Positions 47,116 through 56,967 of a DNA stretch of 64,000 nt are shown here, one piece after another. The stretch lies in assembly GCA_029856045.1 (NCBI GenBank), contig JAHQWG010000033.1, forward strand, positions 52,397 to 116,396. The letters are read 5' to 3'. Position numbers and translations under genes: made by a program. Under the pieces are notes generated by a model. That model was given only the letters and a program-made list of their open reading frames with translations. It did no database searches and was not told the DNA's origin. Each line of letters opens with the position of its first letter. Within the stretch, counting starts at the first letter, position 1. This DNA is from Promethearchaeia archaeon (lineage in GTDB: Archaea; Asgardarchaeota; Lokiarchaeia; Sigyniarchaeales; SOKP01).

Positions 47116-47295
47116 CTATATATCTTTATATGTCATATTTTGTTCACAATATTTTGGTACGGGTTGATGACCACAATCTTCTGAACAACAACATAATAAA
47201 TAACCTTCCTTTAATATCTTTGATTGATTGCAACATTTTGGAACCTTTATTTCCGAACCACAAATCTCACAAACTAATTTTGGTATATTTATCAT
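47116..47295 (-). CDS. 59-aa cysteine-rich small protein (not in ORF track)
   Basis: Read by hand: MINIPKLVCEICGSEIKVPKCCNQSKILKEGYLLCCCSEDCGHQPVPKYCEQNMTYKDI*, 11 Cys. Same strand as, and 112 bp upstream of, the NuoB-like gene. It conflicts with the plus-strand ORF 47130..47312. Confidence 0.5.
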   Translation of the reverse strand: MINIPKLVCEICGSEIKVPKCCNQSKILKEGYLLCCCSEDCGHQPVPKYCEQNMTYKDI

Positions 47296-47497
47296 CTCTT
47301 TTTAGAGTATAATATATAATTATTAGTTCTTTATTTTATATTCTCTAACAAGGTCGGTGAAATTATAATAGGACAATTTAGTCGTTTGGAGACTCTCATC
47401 CGTATGTTTTTAATCGATAAATTATGGGGAAAAAAAATAAGCAATAATTAATTATATTTTAAAACTTATTTTTAAAACATCGAATATTATTTTGATC

Positions 47498-48418
47498 ATG
47501 GGACTATTTACTATCAAAAATATAATAAGTTTAGTTTCCATGGGTCCATCATTTTTACAGTCAATAGTAAGAAAAGTTCCATTATATGTGAATTATGATA
47601 TAACTTGGCAATGTAACTTAAAATGTAAACATTGTTATTTTTTCTCATCTACAACGGAATTAAAAAATAAAAGAAGGGAATTATCGGACGAAGAATGGAT
47701 TAAGGTTTTTAAATACCATAGAAATTTAGGAACAAAAATAGCTGTTTTAACTGGTGGAGAACCTACTTTGAGAATGGATGTTATAAAAGAAGCGATTAAA
47801 ATTTTTCCCACAGTTCAAGTTGTATCAAATGGAGTTATAAAATTACCTCGATTTAATGGATATAAGCAACCGAAATACTGGGTAAGTATAGATGGTACCA
47901 AGGAAACTCATAATAATATAAGAGGTGCAAGGGTTTTTGATAAAGTCATACAAAACATTCGGGAGAGCAATCCGGTCGTTACATCAACCATCATGACATT
48001 AAATTATAAGGAAATTGAAGATATTGTTAAGATTGCTCACGATAATGGTGCTTCTGGATTAATCTTTCTATTATATACCGGCTATCCTGACGACCCACTT
48101 TTATTAAAAGGTAATATATTAAAAAAGACAATAAAAGACATTTTAAAAGTAATGCGTGAATACGGAAATTTTATTTTTTATTCCAAAAAAATGTTAGAAG
48201 TATACCTGTCAAAAGAATTTGTGCCACATTGCATATTTAAAACTGGTCAAATTAAAAGTTTCTATCCTGATGGAACACAAAAGTTTTGTGTCATGGGAAA
48301 TTCCCCACTTTTATGTGAAAATTGTGGATGTGTCGTGCCAATTGCTGCTTATGCCTTATTTAAGAAATTTGATTCAGGTACAGTTGATAAAGCGAGAAAA
48401 TTGTTTAATTTCAAGTAA
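47498..48418 (+). CDS. radical SAM protein with a short Cys-rich (SPASM/twitch-like) C-terminus
   Basis: CxxxCxxC as WQCNLKCKHCYF, GGEPTL glycine motif, C-terminal FCVMGNSPLLCENCGCVVP. Confidence 0.75.
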   Translation: MGLFTIKNIISLVSMGPSFLQSIVRKVPLYVNYDITWQCNLKCKHCYFFSSTTELKNKRRELSDEEWIKVFKYHRNLGTKIAVLTGGEPTLRMDVIKEAIKIFPTVQVVSNGVIKLPRFNGYKQPKYWVSIDGTKETHNNIRGARVFDKVIQNIRESNPVVTSTIMTLNYKEIEDIVKIAHDNGASGLIFLLYTGYPDDPLLLKGNILKKTIKDILKVMREYGNFIFYSKKMLEVYLSKEFVPHCIFKTGQIKSFYPDGTQKFCVMGNSPLLCENCGCVVPIAAYALFKKFDSGTVDKARKLFNFK

Positions 48419-48527
48419 TTTTTGCTATTGAGCAAAATCATTTTTTATTTATGAGAATCAAACTTCAAACTTGAATGATTAAACTATATTTATTTATATA
48501 CTATTAGTAAAAATGGAATTGTATTTT

Positions 48528-49916
48528 CTATCTTCTTTTTTCACGGTATCTATATAAAAATAATACCATAATAACAAGTAAAACTCCAAACCCCACTTCT
48601 GTTATCCCTACTACGGGTTCTTCTTGGAAAAATAAAGCTAATATAACTAATCCAATTTCAAACACTGCCAGATAATTTAAAAGAGCTAGGAATTTATTTT
48701 CTAATTCACTTGCTATAGTATTTAGTTTTTCTCTTTCTTTTCCAAGCGTTTCACGTATTCTCTTAATTATATCATCTGTTTGTCTTGAAAATGTATCACC
48801 ATCAAGTTTATAGATCATCTCTAAAAACATGCTAGTTTTAAAAGTACTCGTAAATAATAAGCGTGTGATTTTAAAAATTATTATATCTTTGTTTAATTCC
48901 AGAATAGTTTGATTCAATCCTGACTCTAAATCTTCTAATTTTGCGATTTTTGCTTTTAATGAGAGTTTTTTCTTAGTAGCTTCAGTCTCAAATACTTTTT
49001 TATCAAATTCTTCAGCAATTGTGAGTATATTATGCATATGCATAAGTATTAAATATCTTTGCACGTTTCCTACTTCTGGAGCAAATAATGTATCAATTAA
49101 AAAATTCTTCATTGCCTTAGGGTCCAAAAGTCCGGGTCCTGGAATAATTACGTTTCCCGCATGAGTGATCATAACAAATTCATCTGTATATGGAGAGAGA
49201 TTTTTCAGATTAATTTGATCTCTATAAGCAATTGGATCTAATTCTCGCCATTTATCAGTACGTAATGTAAGGCCTATAGAATATCTTGCATTTTTTCCAA
49301 TATCTGTTCCAATAAATTTATAATCAGCTCTATTAAAATCTGGTTTAGCATCCCAAATAATCCATGTATGATGCCAAGGCTCAAGAGCAGAAGCTTTACT
49401 TTCTTTTTCTGCAAATTTCCCTGAACTGCTTAATAACTCATTGATCTCCCTTCTAATCTCCTGAAATTTTTCAGTTATCGGACGATCAGTACTCTCAAGA
49501 ATAATATTAGATGGTTGTGAAATTTCAATAAATTCTTCAATTTTATGGTAGTTGTCAAAGAGGAGCTCGCAATGTATTACCAGAACTGAACCATAATGAA
49601 TATGTCCTTCTAACCTGAGTTGCCCGGTAATGTTTGGTACAGTTTTACATGAAAATTTATCCATACCTATCTTATAGCAAACTGGAGCATAAAGATGAGA
49701 TTGACTGGAAATCCATTTTAAAGGCTGGTGTATTATTTTTCCATCTTTCTCAATCTCAAAATGATAACTATCATATATTTTGAATGAACCTTCTTGTTGT
49801 AAATATTCTCTTACTTCTGGAAGTGTAAAATAACTATTTATCTCATAAAATTTCCAGAATACAAGAGTTACCTTAAAAGAATATTCTTTTTCCTTTTTTA
49901 TTTCTAAATTTTCCAA
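48528..49916 (-). CDS. hypothetical protein with a coiled coil and a C-terminal TM hairpin
   Basis: 462 aa with a TTG start. The last ~55 aa form two hydrophobic helices. It starts 15 bp downstream of the GNAT gene on the same strand. Confidence 0.45.
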   Translation of the reverse strand: MENLEIKKEKEYSFKVTLVFWKFYEINSYFTLPEVREYLQQEGSFKIYDSYHFEIEKDGKIIHQPLKWISSQSHLYAPVCYKIGMDKFSCKTVPNITGQLRLEGHIHYGSVLVIHCELLFDNYHKIEEFIEISQPSNIILESTDRPITEKFQEIRREINELLSSSGKFAEKESKASALEPWHHTWIIWDAKPDFNRADYKFIGTDIGKNARYSIGLTLRTDKWRELDPIAYRDQINLKNLSPYTDEFVMITHAGNVIIPGPGLLDPKAMKNFLIDTLFAPEVGNVQRYLILMHMHNILTIAEEFDKKVFETEATKKKLSLKAKIAKLEDLESGLNQTILELNKDIIIFKITRLLFTSTFKTSMFLEMIYKLDGDTFSRQTDDIIKRIRETLGKEREKLNTIASELENKFLALLNYLAVFEIGLVILALFFQEEPVVGITEVGFGVLLVIMVLFLYRYREKRR

Positions 49917-49931
49917 AATTCAACACCCTTT

Positions 49932-50366
49932 TTATAGTTCACATTTAACAAATGGGCCTCTATCATCGTTTCCAAAACGTTTAAATCCAAATTTTGCATG
50001 TAACGCTGCTGACATTTCATTTTTCCAAATATAATGTGATTTCATAACACGATATTTATCTTTAATTACTTGTTTTTTAAATGCGTCTGTTAACATCGAT
50101 CCTAATCCTTTCTTTCGAAGATTTTCTAGAACCGCAACTTGATATAACCAAAATTCTCCCTCTATATCAATATTTGGAAAACCGACTATGAATCCAACAA
50201 GTTTTTTATCATCATTTTCCAATACAAAAAAATATCTTTGAAAACATCGAGCTAAATATTCATAAGTCCCTGTAACCGAATTTCGCACCCATGGAGCACA
50301 TTTTTCTGCAACTTCAGTAACTTTTGGTGCATCCTCTATTTTAGCATTTCTCAGTTTGACGCCCAT
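49932..50366 (-). CDS. GNAT-family N-acetyltransferase
   Basis: 144 aa. Acetyl-CoA motif A VAVLENLRKKGLGSML. Confidence 0.85.
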   Translation of the reverse strand: MGVKLRNAKIEDAPKVTEVAEKCAPWVRNSVTGTYEYLARCFQRYFFVLENDDKKLVGFIVGFPNIDIEGEFWLYQVAVLENLRKKGLGSMLTDAFKKQVIKDKYRVMKSHYIWKNEMSAALHAKFGFKRFGNDDRGPFVKCEL

Positions 50367-50615
50367 TAAAAATACATTTTTTGTAATTTATATAAATAAT
50401 ATATAAAGCATATTTTTTAGAATATAAAAACGTTAATAATTACTTTTAAAAGGAATTTCATTATTTTTTCCACAAACTCATTATCATATAAGTGTTAATC
50501 TCGATAATTCCGTCAATTAAATCAATTTTATTAGCAAAAATCTTATGTAATTCCTCAGTAGGTTCAGTTTAATGAAAAAACCTTTTGGACTTGTTTTGCA
50601 TTGTGTTTATTCATG

Positions 50616-52970
50616 TTATTTAATATTTTTAAGATCTTTAGATATGGGACCTAAATTTTTAAGGGTTTCCGAAAATTCTTTAATCGTATCAGCAAATTTT
50701 TGACCTTCTCCAGCAGAAATACTTATTATCTTAACCCTATTATTATTTATTTTTAATTCTTCAAGCATTGAAATTATACTCTCATATCTATTTTCTGCTT
50801 TAATGAATCCAGTTGTATAATGGCAATCTTGTGGGTGACAACCTGCTATTAAAACTCCATCTGCACCATTGAATAAAGCTTCAAAAACTAAAGCAGGGTC
50901 AATCATAGCCGTACACATCACATGAATTGGCCTAGTATTAGTTGGATATTGAATCTTGCTGGTTCCTGCTAAATCTGCACCAATATAAGAACACCAATTA
51001 CAAAGAAATGTCACAATTAAAGGCGACTCTTTTTTTTTATCTGTTATCACTTTTAATTGTGTTATGATTTCTTCTTTAGTAAATCCTGGAACTGTTAATG
51101 CATTTTTATGACACATAGCCGCACATGCACCACACCCCACACAATTTGCCTCTATAATATGCAACTGTTCATTCTCTATTTCAATCGCATTAAATACACA
51201 GACATTTTCACATAAGCGACATAAATCGCATAAATCACGGTTATATTGCACAACTAATGGATCTAATTCTATTTCTCCCTTAGTTAAAAGAGCAATTGTC
51301 TTAGAAGCAGTAGATTCCGCTTGACTAATGCTATTCGGAATATCCTTGGGAAACTGAATTGCTCCTGCAATATAAATCCCTTTAACTGATGAATCTGAAG
51401 GTCTAACTTTGAGATGACTTTCTAATAAAAATCCGTAAGTATCTGTTGAAATATTTAAGATTTGTGCCAATTCCTCCGTTCCTTCAGCTGGTTCGATTCC
51501 AACGGCTAAAACCACTAACTCCGTAGGATTTTCAAATAAATGATCATCTAAAATATTCTCTCCTCTTAATAATAATTCATTGCTGGTATCACTTTTAATA
51601 ATAGTTGAAATATTACTTTTGATAAACCTAATTTGAAATTCTTCTCTTGCCCTATTATAAAACTCTTCGCAGAACTTTCCTATGGCTCTAATATCTGTAT
51701 AATATATCATTATATCTAAATTTTTTATTTGTTTTTTAGCCAAAATTGCTTGTTTTACAGAATAATTGCAACAAACTTGACTACAATACTCATGATTTAT
51801 TTTTTTATTTCTTGAGCCGACACACAATATAAAAGAAATACTTTTTGGAATGCTACCATCAGAAGGTTTTAAAATCACTCCCTTAGTTGGTCCATCTGTA
51901 TTAAGTAATCTTTCCATCTCCAACCCTGTTATTATATTAGGATATTTTGTATAATTATATTCTCCCAAAATTGTTGGATCGAATGTTTTATATCCCGTTG
52001 CTACAATAATTGCACCAACTTTAAATCTTTTTATTTCTTTGGTTTGAGAAAAATTAATTGCTTCCCGTTCTCCACATGCTATTTCGCATGCTTTACATCC
52101 TATGCAATATTCTTCCAATATATTTGGAATTAATGGTATTGCCTGTGGATATGAAACATCTATTGCCTTTCTGGGGAAAAAAGTATCTTCAACATCAATT
52201 GGGCAAACTTCTCTACATATCTCAAAACACCCAACGCATTTATCTTCAAAAATAAATCGAGGTTTTTTTTCAATAGTTATTTCAAAGTTTCCAATATAAC
52301 CTGATACTTCTTTTACTTCTGAATAAGTTAATAATTCTATATTTGGATGATCTTTTACCTCTACCATTATTGGTCCTAAAATACATATGCTACAATCTAG
52401 AGTTGGGAAGGTTTTATCAAATAAAGCCATTTTTCCTCCAATCGTAGGTTCCCTTTCAACAAGATACACTTTATATCCCGCATCAGCAATTTGTAAAGAC
52501 GCTTTAATTCCAGCAATACCTCCCCCAATAATCAATACCGAAGGTGTAATTTTTGCTTTTCTTCGTTTCAATGGCTTTAATAATTTTACTCGTTCAATAG
52601 CCATATCAATTTGATCTATTGCTTTTTCAGTTGCTCGCATTGGTTCATTTGCATGAACCCATGAATTTTGTTCACGAATATTTGCAAAGGCTATTAAATA
52701 TCTATTAATTCCTGTTTTTTCAATTGAATTGCGAAATAACTCTCCGTGTAATTTGAAAGAACAAGCAGCAATTACTACTCTATCTATTTTATTTTCCTTT
52801 ATTTCATCCGCAATCAAATTTAATCCCAATTCAGCGCATAAATATTTATCTTCAAAAACATAGATCTCTGGGTATGTTTTAAAATGCTCCATTATAGCCT
52901 TAATATCTAATACGCCAGCGATATTCGTTCCACAATCACAAAGAAATAATCCGATTTTCAAATTTTTCAC
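50616..52970 (-). CDS. hdrA: heterodisulfide reductase subunit A-like flavoprotein fused to an MvhD-like domain
   Basis: 784 aa with a GTG start. IGLFLCDCGTNIAG, FAD motif VLIIGGGIAGIKASLQ, ferredoxin motifs CVGCFEICREVCP, CIGCKACEIAC, CDLCRLCENVC, CVGCGACAAMC, and a C-terminal FLCNWCSY..GADGVLIAGCHPQDCHY (MvhD). Confidence 0.88.
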   Translation of the reverse strand: MKNLKIGLFLCDCGTNIAGVLDIKAIMEHFKTYPEIYVFEDKYLCAELGLNLIADEIKENKIDRVVIAACSFKLHGELFRNSIEKTGINRYLIAFANIREQNSWVHANEPMRATEKAIDQIDMAIERVKLLKPLKRRKAKITPSVLIIGGGIAGIKASLQIADAGYKVYLVEREPTIGGKMALFDKTFPTLDCSICILGPIMVEVKDHPNIELLTYSEVKEVSGYIGNFEITIEKKPRFIFEDKCVGCFEICREVCPIDVEDTFFPRKAIDVSYPQAIPLIPNILEEYCIGCKACEIACGEREAINFSQTKEIKRFKVGAIIVATGYKTFDPTILGEYNYTKYPNIITGLEMERLLNTDGPTKGVILKPSDGSIPKSISFILCVGSRNKKINHEYCSQVCCNYSVKQAILAKKQIKNLDIMIYYTDIRAIGKFCEEFYNRAREEFQIRFIKSNISTIIKSDTSNELLLRGENILDDHLFENPTELVVLAVGIEPAEGTEELAQILNISTDTYGFLLESHLKVRPSDSSVKGIYIAGAIQFPKDIPNSISQAESTASKTIALLTKGEIELDPLVVQYNRDLCDLCRLCENVCVFNAIEIENEQLHIIEANCVGCGACAAMCHKNALTVPGFTKEEIITQLKVITDKKKESPLIVTFLCNWCSYIGADLAGTSKIQYPTNTRPIHVMCTAMIDPALVFEALFNGADGVLIAGCHPQDCHYTTGFIKAENRYESIISMLEELKINNNRVKIISISAGEGQKFADTIKEFSETLKNLGPISKDLKNIK

Positions 52971-53284
52971 CTTCTAAGTATAAACAATATTTTGAATAAT
53001 AAAACATTTAATTTATTTTCTATAATAGCTAAATATTATTAACTTAATTTTAAAAATAATTAATAAAATTTTTAGATAATATACTTAGTTAAAATTTATA
53101 TATCTTCAATTAACTTTAAGGATTTGATTCTATTCTAGAAAAAATATTTAATGATCCGAATCTAAGTCAAGAAGAACTTACGTGGCTTAAAAGATATATA
53201 ATTATTTTTGGAATTCTTTTTATAACCCATTTCTGCTTAGTTGTATTTATTTTTTCAATTTACGATTGGTTAGTTCTTCTGGGT

Positions 53285-53878
53285 TTGACATATTTCTGCT
53301 TATTACCAGCTTTTCTCAGTAATGCGTGTATGACATTTGCTGGAAAATTTCCAGTAAAACTTTATCCTATTGATGGAGGTCGAATGTGGAAAAATACTAA
53401 CGAGAGAATTCTTGGTGATGGAAAAACTTGGAATGGGATTATTATTGGAATATTTTTTAGTTTCTTAATCTGTTTGATTACCTCTTTTATATACTTTTCT
53501 CTTGCTGACATAACAATATATCGATTTGAACTTAGCCCAACTGTCTTAAAGCTTTTTAGTCAAGAGGATATCCTCTTTTTTGTAGAAATTAGATATAAAT
53601 TTAATAATTTTCTCTTAAGAATCCTTCTTATGAGTATAGGGGCACCAATTGGAGATTTAATTGGAAGTTTTATAAAAAGACGGATGGGAAAAGAAAGAGG
53701 TGGACAAATTTTTTTGATAGATCAATTAGATTTTATTGCTTTCTCAGTTATTATGGTGCATCCGATTTTTCCCATACCATGGTATTTTATAATTTTTATC
53801 TTCATCTCGACACCCTTAGTTGCGATATTTTCAAATGTTGTTGCATATTACCTCGATTTAAAGAAAGTTCCATGGTAA
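53285..53878 (+). CDS. carS: CDP-archaeol synthase (CDP-2,3-bis-O-geranylgeranyl-sn-glycerol synthase)
   Basis: 197 aa with a TTG start. LLPAFLSNA, PIDGG..ILGDGKTWNG, GDLIGSFIKRRMGKERGG, IDQLDF and C-terminal LDLKKVPW are collinear with recalled A. fulgidus CarS. Confidence 0.88.
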   Translation: MTYFCLLPAFLSNACMTFAGKFPVKLYPIDGGRMWKNTNERILGDGKTWNGIIIGIFFSFLICLITSFIYFSLADITIYRFELSPTVLKLFSQEDILFFVEIRYKFNNFLLRILLMSIGAPIGDLIGSFIKRRMGKERGGQIFLIDQLDFIAFSVIMVHPIFPIPWYFIIFIFISTPLVAIFSNVVAYYLDLKKVPW

Positions 53879-53891
53879 ATAATATTCAATT

Positions 53892-54473
53892 CTAGCCTTT
53901 ATTGATATCTCTTAAAAATGGATAAACTTCTTTTATTTTAAAATTATGAGCTTTCATTACTAAAAAGAAGTCCTTTTCTAACTGGAACTCTTTCTTTAAA
54001 ATATCCAAAATCCTTTCTTGAGAATAAGATTCACCACTAGTGATATTAATACCTTTACATTTTTTTAAATTCTCATCCCAATTCTTCTTTATGGTAAGAA
54101 TTATCCGCCAAACTGGATATGAACTACATTGAAAGGGCCGAACTGAATAAATTTTACACATATTGTTTTCTCCAAGAAAACAACACTCTTCATTATCTCC
54201 TACTAATTTAAATACAATAGTATCATAATAATAGCTCTTTTTTACATCCGTATTATTATCTTTGTAAGCACGCTTTTGCGAAATAATCTCTAAATGCTTT
54301 TTTGCGAATTCATATTTTTTCGCTTCAGTAGTGCATTTAAAATGTTCAAATAGTTTCTCTAAATCTGGCTTATAAATAAAAATATAACCTTTTTTTTTAC
54401 CCTTGCAACAATTTCCACATATTTGGCATGCAAATTTAAAATCTTTTGCCGGTCCGATGAGTTTGAACTGCAT
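53892..54473 (-). CDS. YkgJ-family cysteine-cluster protein (CxxCxxCC)
   Basis: 193 aa. FACQICGNCCKG, then ECCFLGENNMCKIYSVRPFQCSSYP. Confidence 0.78.
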   Translation of the reverse strand: MQFKLIGPAKDFKFACQICGNCCKGKKKGYIFIYKPDLEKLFEHFKCTTEAKKYEFAKKHLEIISQKRAYKDNNTDVKKSYYYDTIVFKLVGDNEECCFLGENNMCKIYSVRPFQCSSYPVWRIILTIKKNWDENLKKCKGINITSGESYSQERILDILKKEFQLEKDFFLVMKAHNFKIKEVYPFLRDINKG

Positions 54474-54563
54474 AGTAATTATGTATTAATAAAATAAAAG
54501 ATAATAAAAATCTTAATAAAAAGTAATAATTAATATGAAAACTAAAAGTTAAAGGAATTTTTA

Positions 54564-56846
54564 GTGATTGAAACAAAAGAGATCTCTGGAGAAATAATCG
54601 CTCATTTATTTGGAGCACATTCAGATATTTTTAAAAATATATACCAAATATTAGATTCTCTATTCGGATTATATAATCTTCAAAACAATGAAGAATTTAA
54701 AGAATGGAAAAATTTATTCATCAAAATTTATAGTGATAGGAACTGTAATAAAGAATTATTTATTACACACACTTATTTAGCCTTATTAATAAAAGTAATT
54801 TTAATCCGAGTTGTCTTGAGCAAAATTGAATTTGAGCTTATTGATTTAAAAAATATTTTTAGCTTATTAAACGATTTTTCTAACGATTTCAGTCATTTTG
54901 AACGGAATTTTGGCAATTGGATATTTTTAAACGTAGAAAATAACCCAAAAGAAATAAATGATATCATAAAGCAATTGGTCTTAAATCTTCGTATTATTTA
55001 TAATTCAATTATTAAAACCGAAGTTCTTAGAGAGGATTTATTCCATCATATTTATCAAGAATTGATTTCTGCTTCCATAAAGCATTCAATGGGGGAATTC
55101 TACACTCCTACTTATCTTGCCAGAAAAATGATTATCAATTCCTATGATTTTGGTGAAAAAGTATTGGATCCTGCATGTGGGAGTAGTACTTTCATCATTG
55201 AGCTAATAAAACATATCAAATCAAAAAATACACCATTAAAGAATCAAATTTCAGCAATTAATAACGTTTATGGGTATGATTTAAACCCATTTGCAGTATT
55301 TATTTCAAAAATAAATATTTTCCTATTAATCAAAGATTTAATTCCACTTTGTAAAATAAATATAGAATTGCGTGATTCATTATTTCCGGAGGAAAATATC
55401 GAAAATAAATTCGATTTAATAATCGGAAATCCGCCATGGTTGACATATAGCTCGTTAGAATCTTTAGAAGATCAAAATAAATTAAAGGTTCTAGTTGAAA
55501 ATTTACAAATCAAACCATCTCCTAAGAATATTCTGAATTTAGATTTATCTGCTGTCTTTTTTTATCAATGCTGTAATCTCTACTTGAAAAATAGGGGTAA
55601 AATCTTTTTTGTAATAACCTCCGGAATTATCACAGGAAGTCATAATGATCGATTTAGAACATTCCGTGGGTTTAGAAATATTAAAATCTGGACATTTACT
55701 AAAGAAATCTTTAATGTAGATTTTATTTGTTTATTCGCAATTAAAGATAAACTAAATGGCAATAAAAGTAGGGAAGAACTTGAGCAAAGGGAAATACCCG
55801 TAGAACATTTTGACTTTGAAAAATTAAATTCTAGTTTAAAAATAATGAAAATAAAAGAAGATATCTATGTTCCCTATGCAGTTGTCGAAAGAAGCGGAAA
55901 ACTTTACGTAAAAAAGTTTATTCCAAAAGAAATTAAAAATAAAATGTATCCATATGCTAAATCCTATTATTTTGACTTATTTCATAAAGGTGCCGATCTA
56001 AACCCGCGAAATTTAATATTCATAGAATTCAAACAAAAATCTGATTTATTGGCTATTATCAATGTAGATAAAAGAATCCTCAAAAAGGCAAAACCTCCTT
56101 GGAATAAGATAGAATACCAAAATCAAATTATAGAAAAAAAATACATCTTCAATTGTGCAAAAAGTACTGAATTGGTAAAATTTAATGTCTTTCATACCTA
56201 CAGCGTCTTTTTGCCCATTGAGAAATATGATTTAACATGGGAACCAACGTCTCTATCAAAATATGGTTCATCATTTTACACGTTAATCAATGAAAAATAC
56301 TTGAAATATAAAAAAAAAACTACTAAACATAAATCCTTAATGGAAAACTTAAATCGATGGGGCAAATTGTTAAATAAAAGGCAATTTTCAGATATTAAAG
56401 TAGGATATAACAATTCAGGTTCAGTGTTAAACGCAGCAATTATTACTGGGGATTGTATTATTACAGGCGATCTGAGCTTTCTTAATACAACTAATCTTAA
56501 TGAAGCTTTTTACTTAACAGCAATTTTAAATTCTCCAATTTTATCTGAACAAATTAAAATTAGAAAAAGCTCACGCCATATTTTTAAAAAAGCATTAGAA
56601 TTCCCCATAGAAAAATACAATGAAAATAATAAAATCCATAAAAATCTAAGCGAAATTGGAAAAATTGCTACTCTTAAATCAAAAGAAGTATGCAAAAAAT
56701 TTAATTCTAAAGTGAATAATTCTATTTCGAAATGGGAAATTCAAAAACAATTACATCAAATTCTTAAACCCTTATTTGATAAAACAGATAATCTTATATT
56801 TAAAATGATTTATAAATCAGACGCAATTAATGAGAATTTAAATTAA
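54564..56846 (+). CDS. N6-adenine DNA methyltransferase, gamma-class Eco57I-like, with a large C-terminal specificity region
   Basis: 760 aa with a GTG start. GEFYTP, motif I VLDPACGSSTFI, motif IV LIIGNPPWL. No nuclease motif seen, and no adjacent restriction gene. Confidence 0.85.
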   Translation: MIETKEISGEIIAHLFGAHSDIFKNIYQILDSLFGLYNLQNNEEFKEWKNLFIKIYSDRNCNKELFITHTYLALLIKVILIRVVLSKIEFELIDLKNIFSLLNDFSNDFSHFERNFGNWIFLNVENNPKEINDIIKQLVLNLRIIYNSIIKTEVLREDLFHHIYQELISASIKHSMGEFYTPTYLARKMIINSYDFGEKVLDPACGSSTFIIELIKHIKSKNTPLKNQISAINNVYGYDLNPFAVFISKINIFLLIKDLIPLCKINIELRDSLFPEENIENKFDLIIGNPPWLTYSSLESLEDQNKLKVLVENLQIKPSPKNILNLDLSAVFFYQCCNLYLKNRGKIFFVITSGIITGSHNDRFRTFRGFRNIKIWTFTKEIFNVDFICLFAIKDKLNGNKSREELEQREIPVEHFDFEKLNSSLKIMKIKEDIYVPYAVVERSGKLYVKKFIPKEIKNKMYPYAKSYYFDLFHKGADLNPRNLIFIEFKQKSDLLAIINVDKRILKKAKPPWNKIEYQNQIIEKKYIFNCAKSTELVKFNVFHTYSVFLPIEKYDLTWEPTSLSKYGSSFYTLINEKYLKYKKKTTKHKSLMENLNRWGKLLNKRQFSDIKVGYNNSGSVLNAAIITGDCIITGDLSFLNTTNLNEAFYLTAILNSPILSEQIKIRKSSRHIFKKALEFPIEKYNENNKIHKNLSEIGKIATLKSKEVCKKFNSKVNNSISKWEIQKQLHQILKPLFDKTDNLIFKMIYKSDAINENLN

Positions 56847-56967
56847 TTAAGCAATGAAATTTTATTGCAGAATTATTTGTCTTACGAATGATACGAACAA
56901 TAATATGATCTATTAACTTTTATTATTCTAAAAAATAATCTCATATTGAAGGAATTTAATATCTTTG

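Noticed and set aside
47130-47312. 60-aa plus-strand ORF from the track
   Set aside because: Its sequence is low-complexity N/L/I-rich. The opposite strand encodes a 59-aa ORF with 11 Cys and an ATG start, co-oriented with the downstream NuoB-like gene, which I consider the more plausible coding reading. The choice is still unproven.
50367-50615. Possible frameshifted small gene between hdrA and the GNAT gene (minus strand: MNKHNAKQVQKVFSLN*, then in another frame EPTEELHKIFANKIDLIDGIIEINTYMIMSLWKK*)
   Set aside because: It needs a frameshift at a T6 run to join the two pieces. There is no recognisable motif, and short open stretches are expected by chance. Treated as non-coding or decayed sequence.
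53120-53284. In-frame open extension upstream of carS encoding a hydrophobic segment (YIIIFGILFITHFCLVVFIFSIYDWLVLLGL)
   Set aside because: The extension contains no ATG, GTG or TTG. The 197-aa product starting at TTG 53285 already aligns end-to-end with recalled CarS. The hydrophobic translation is expected from T-rich sequence.
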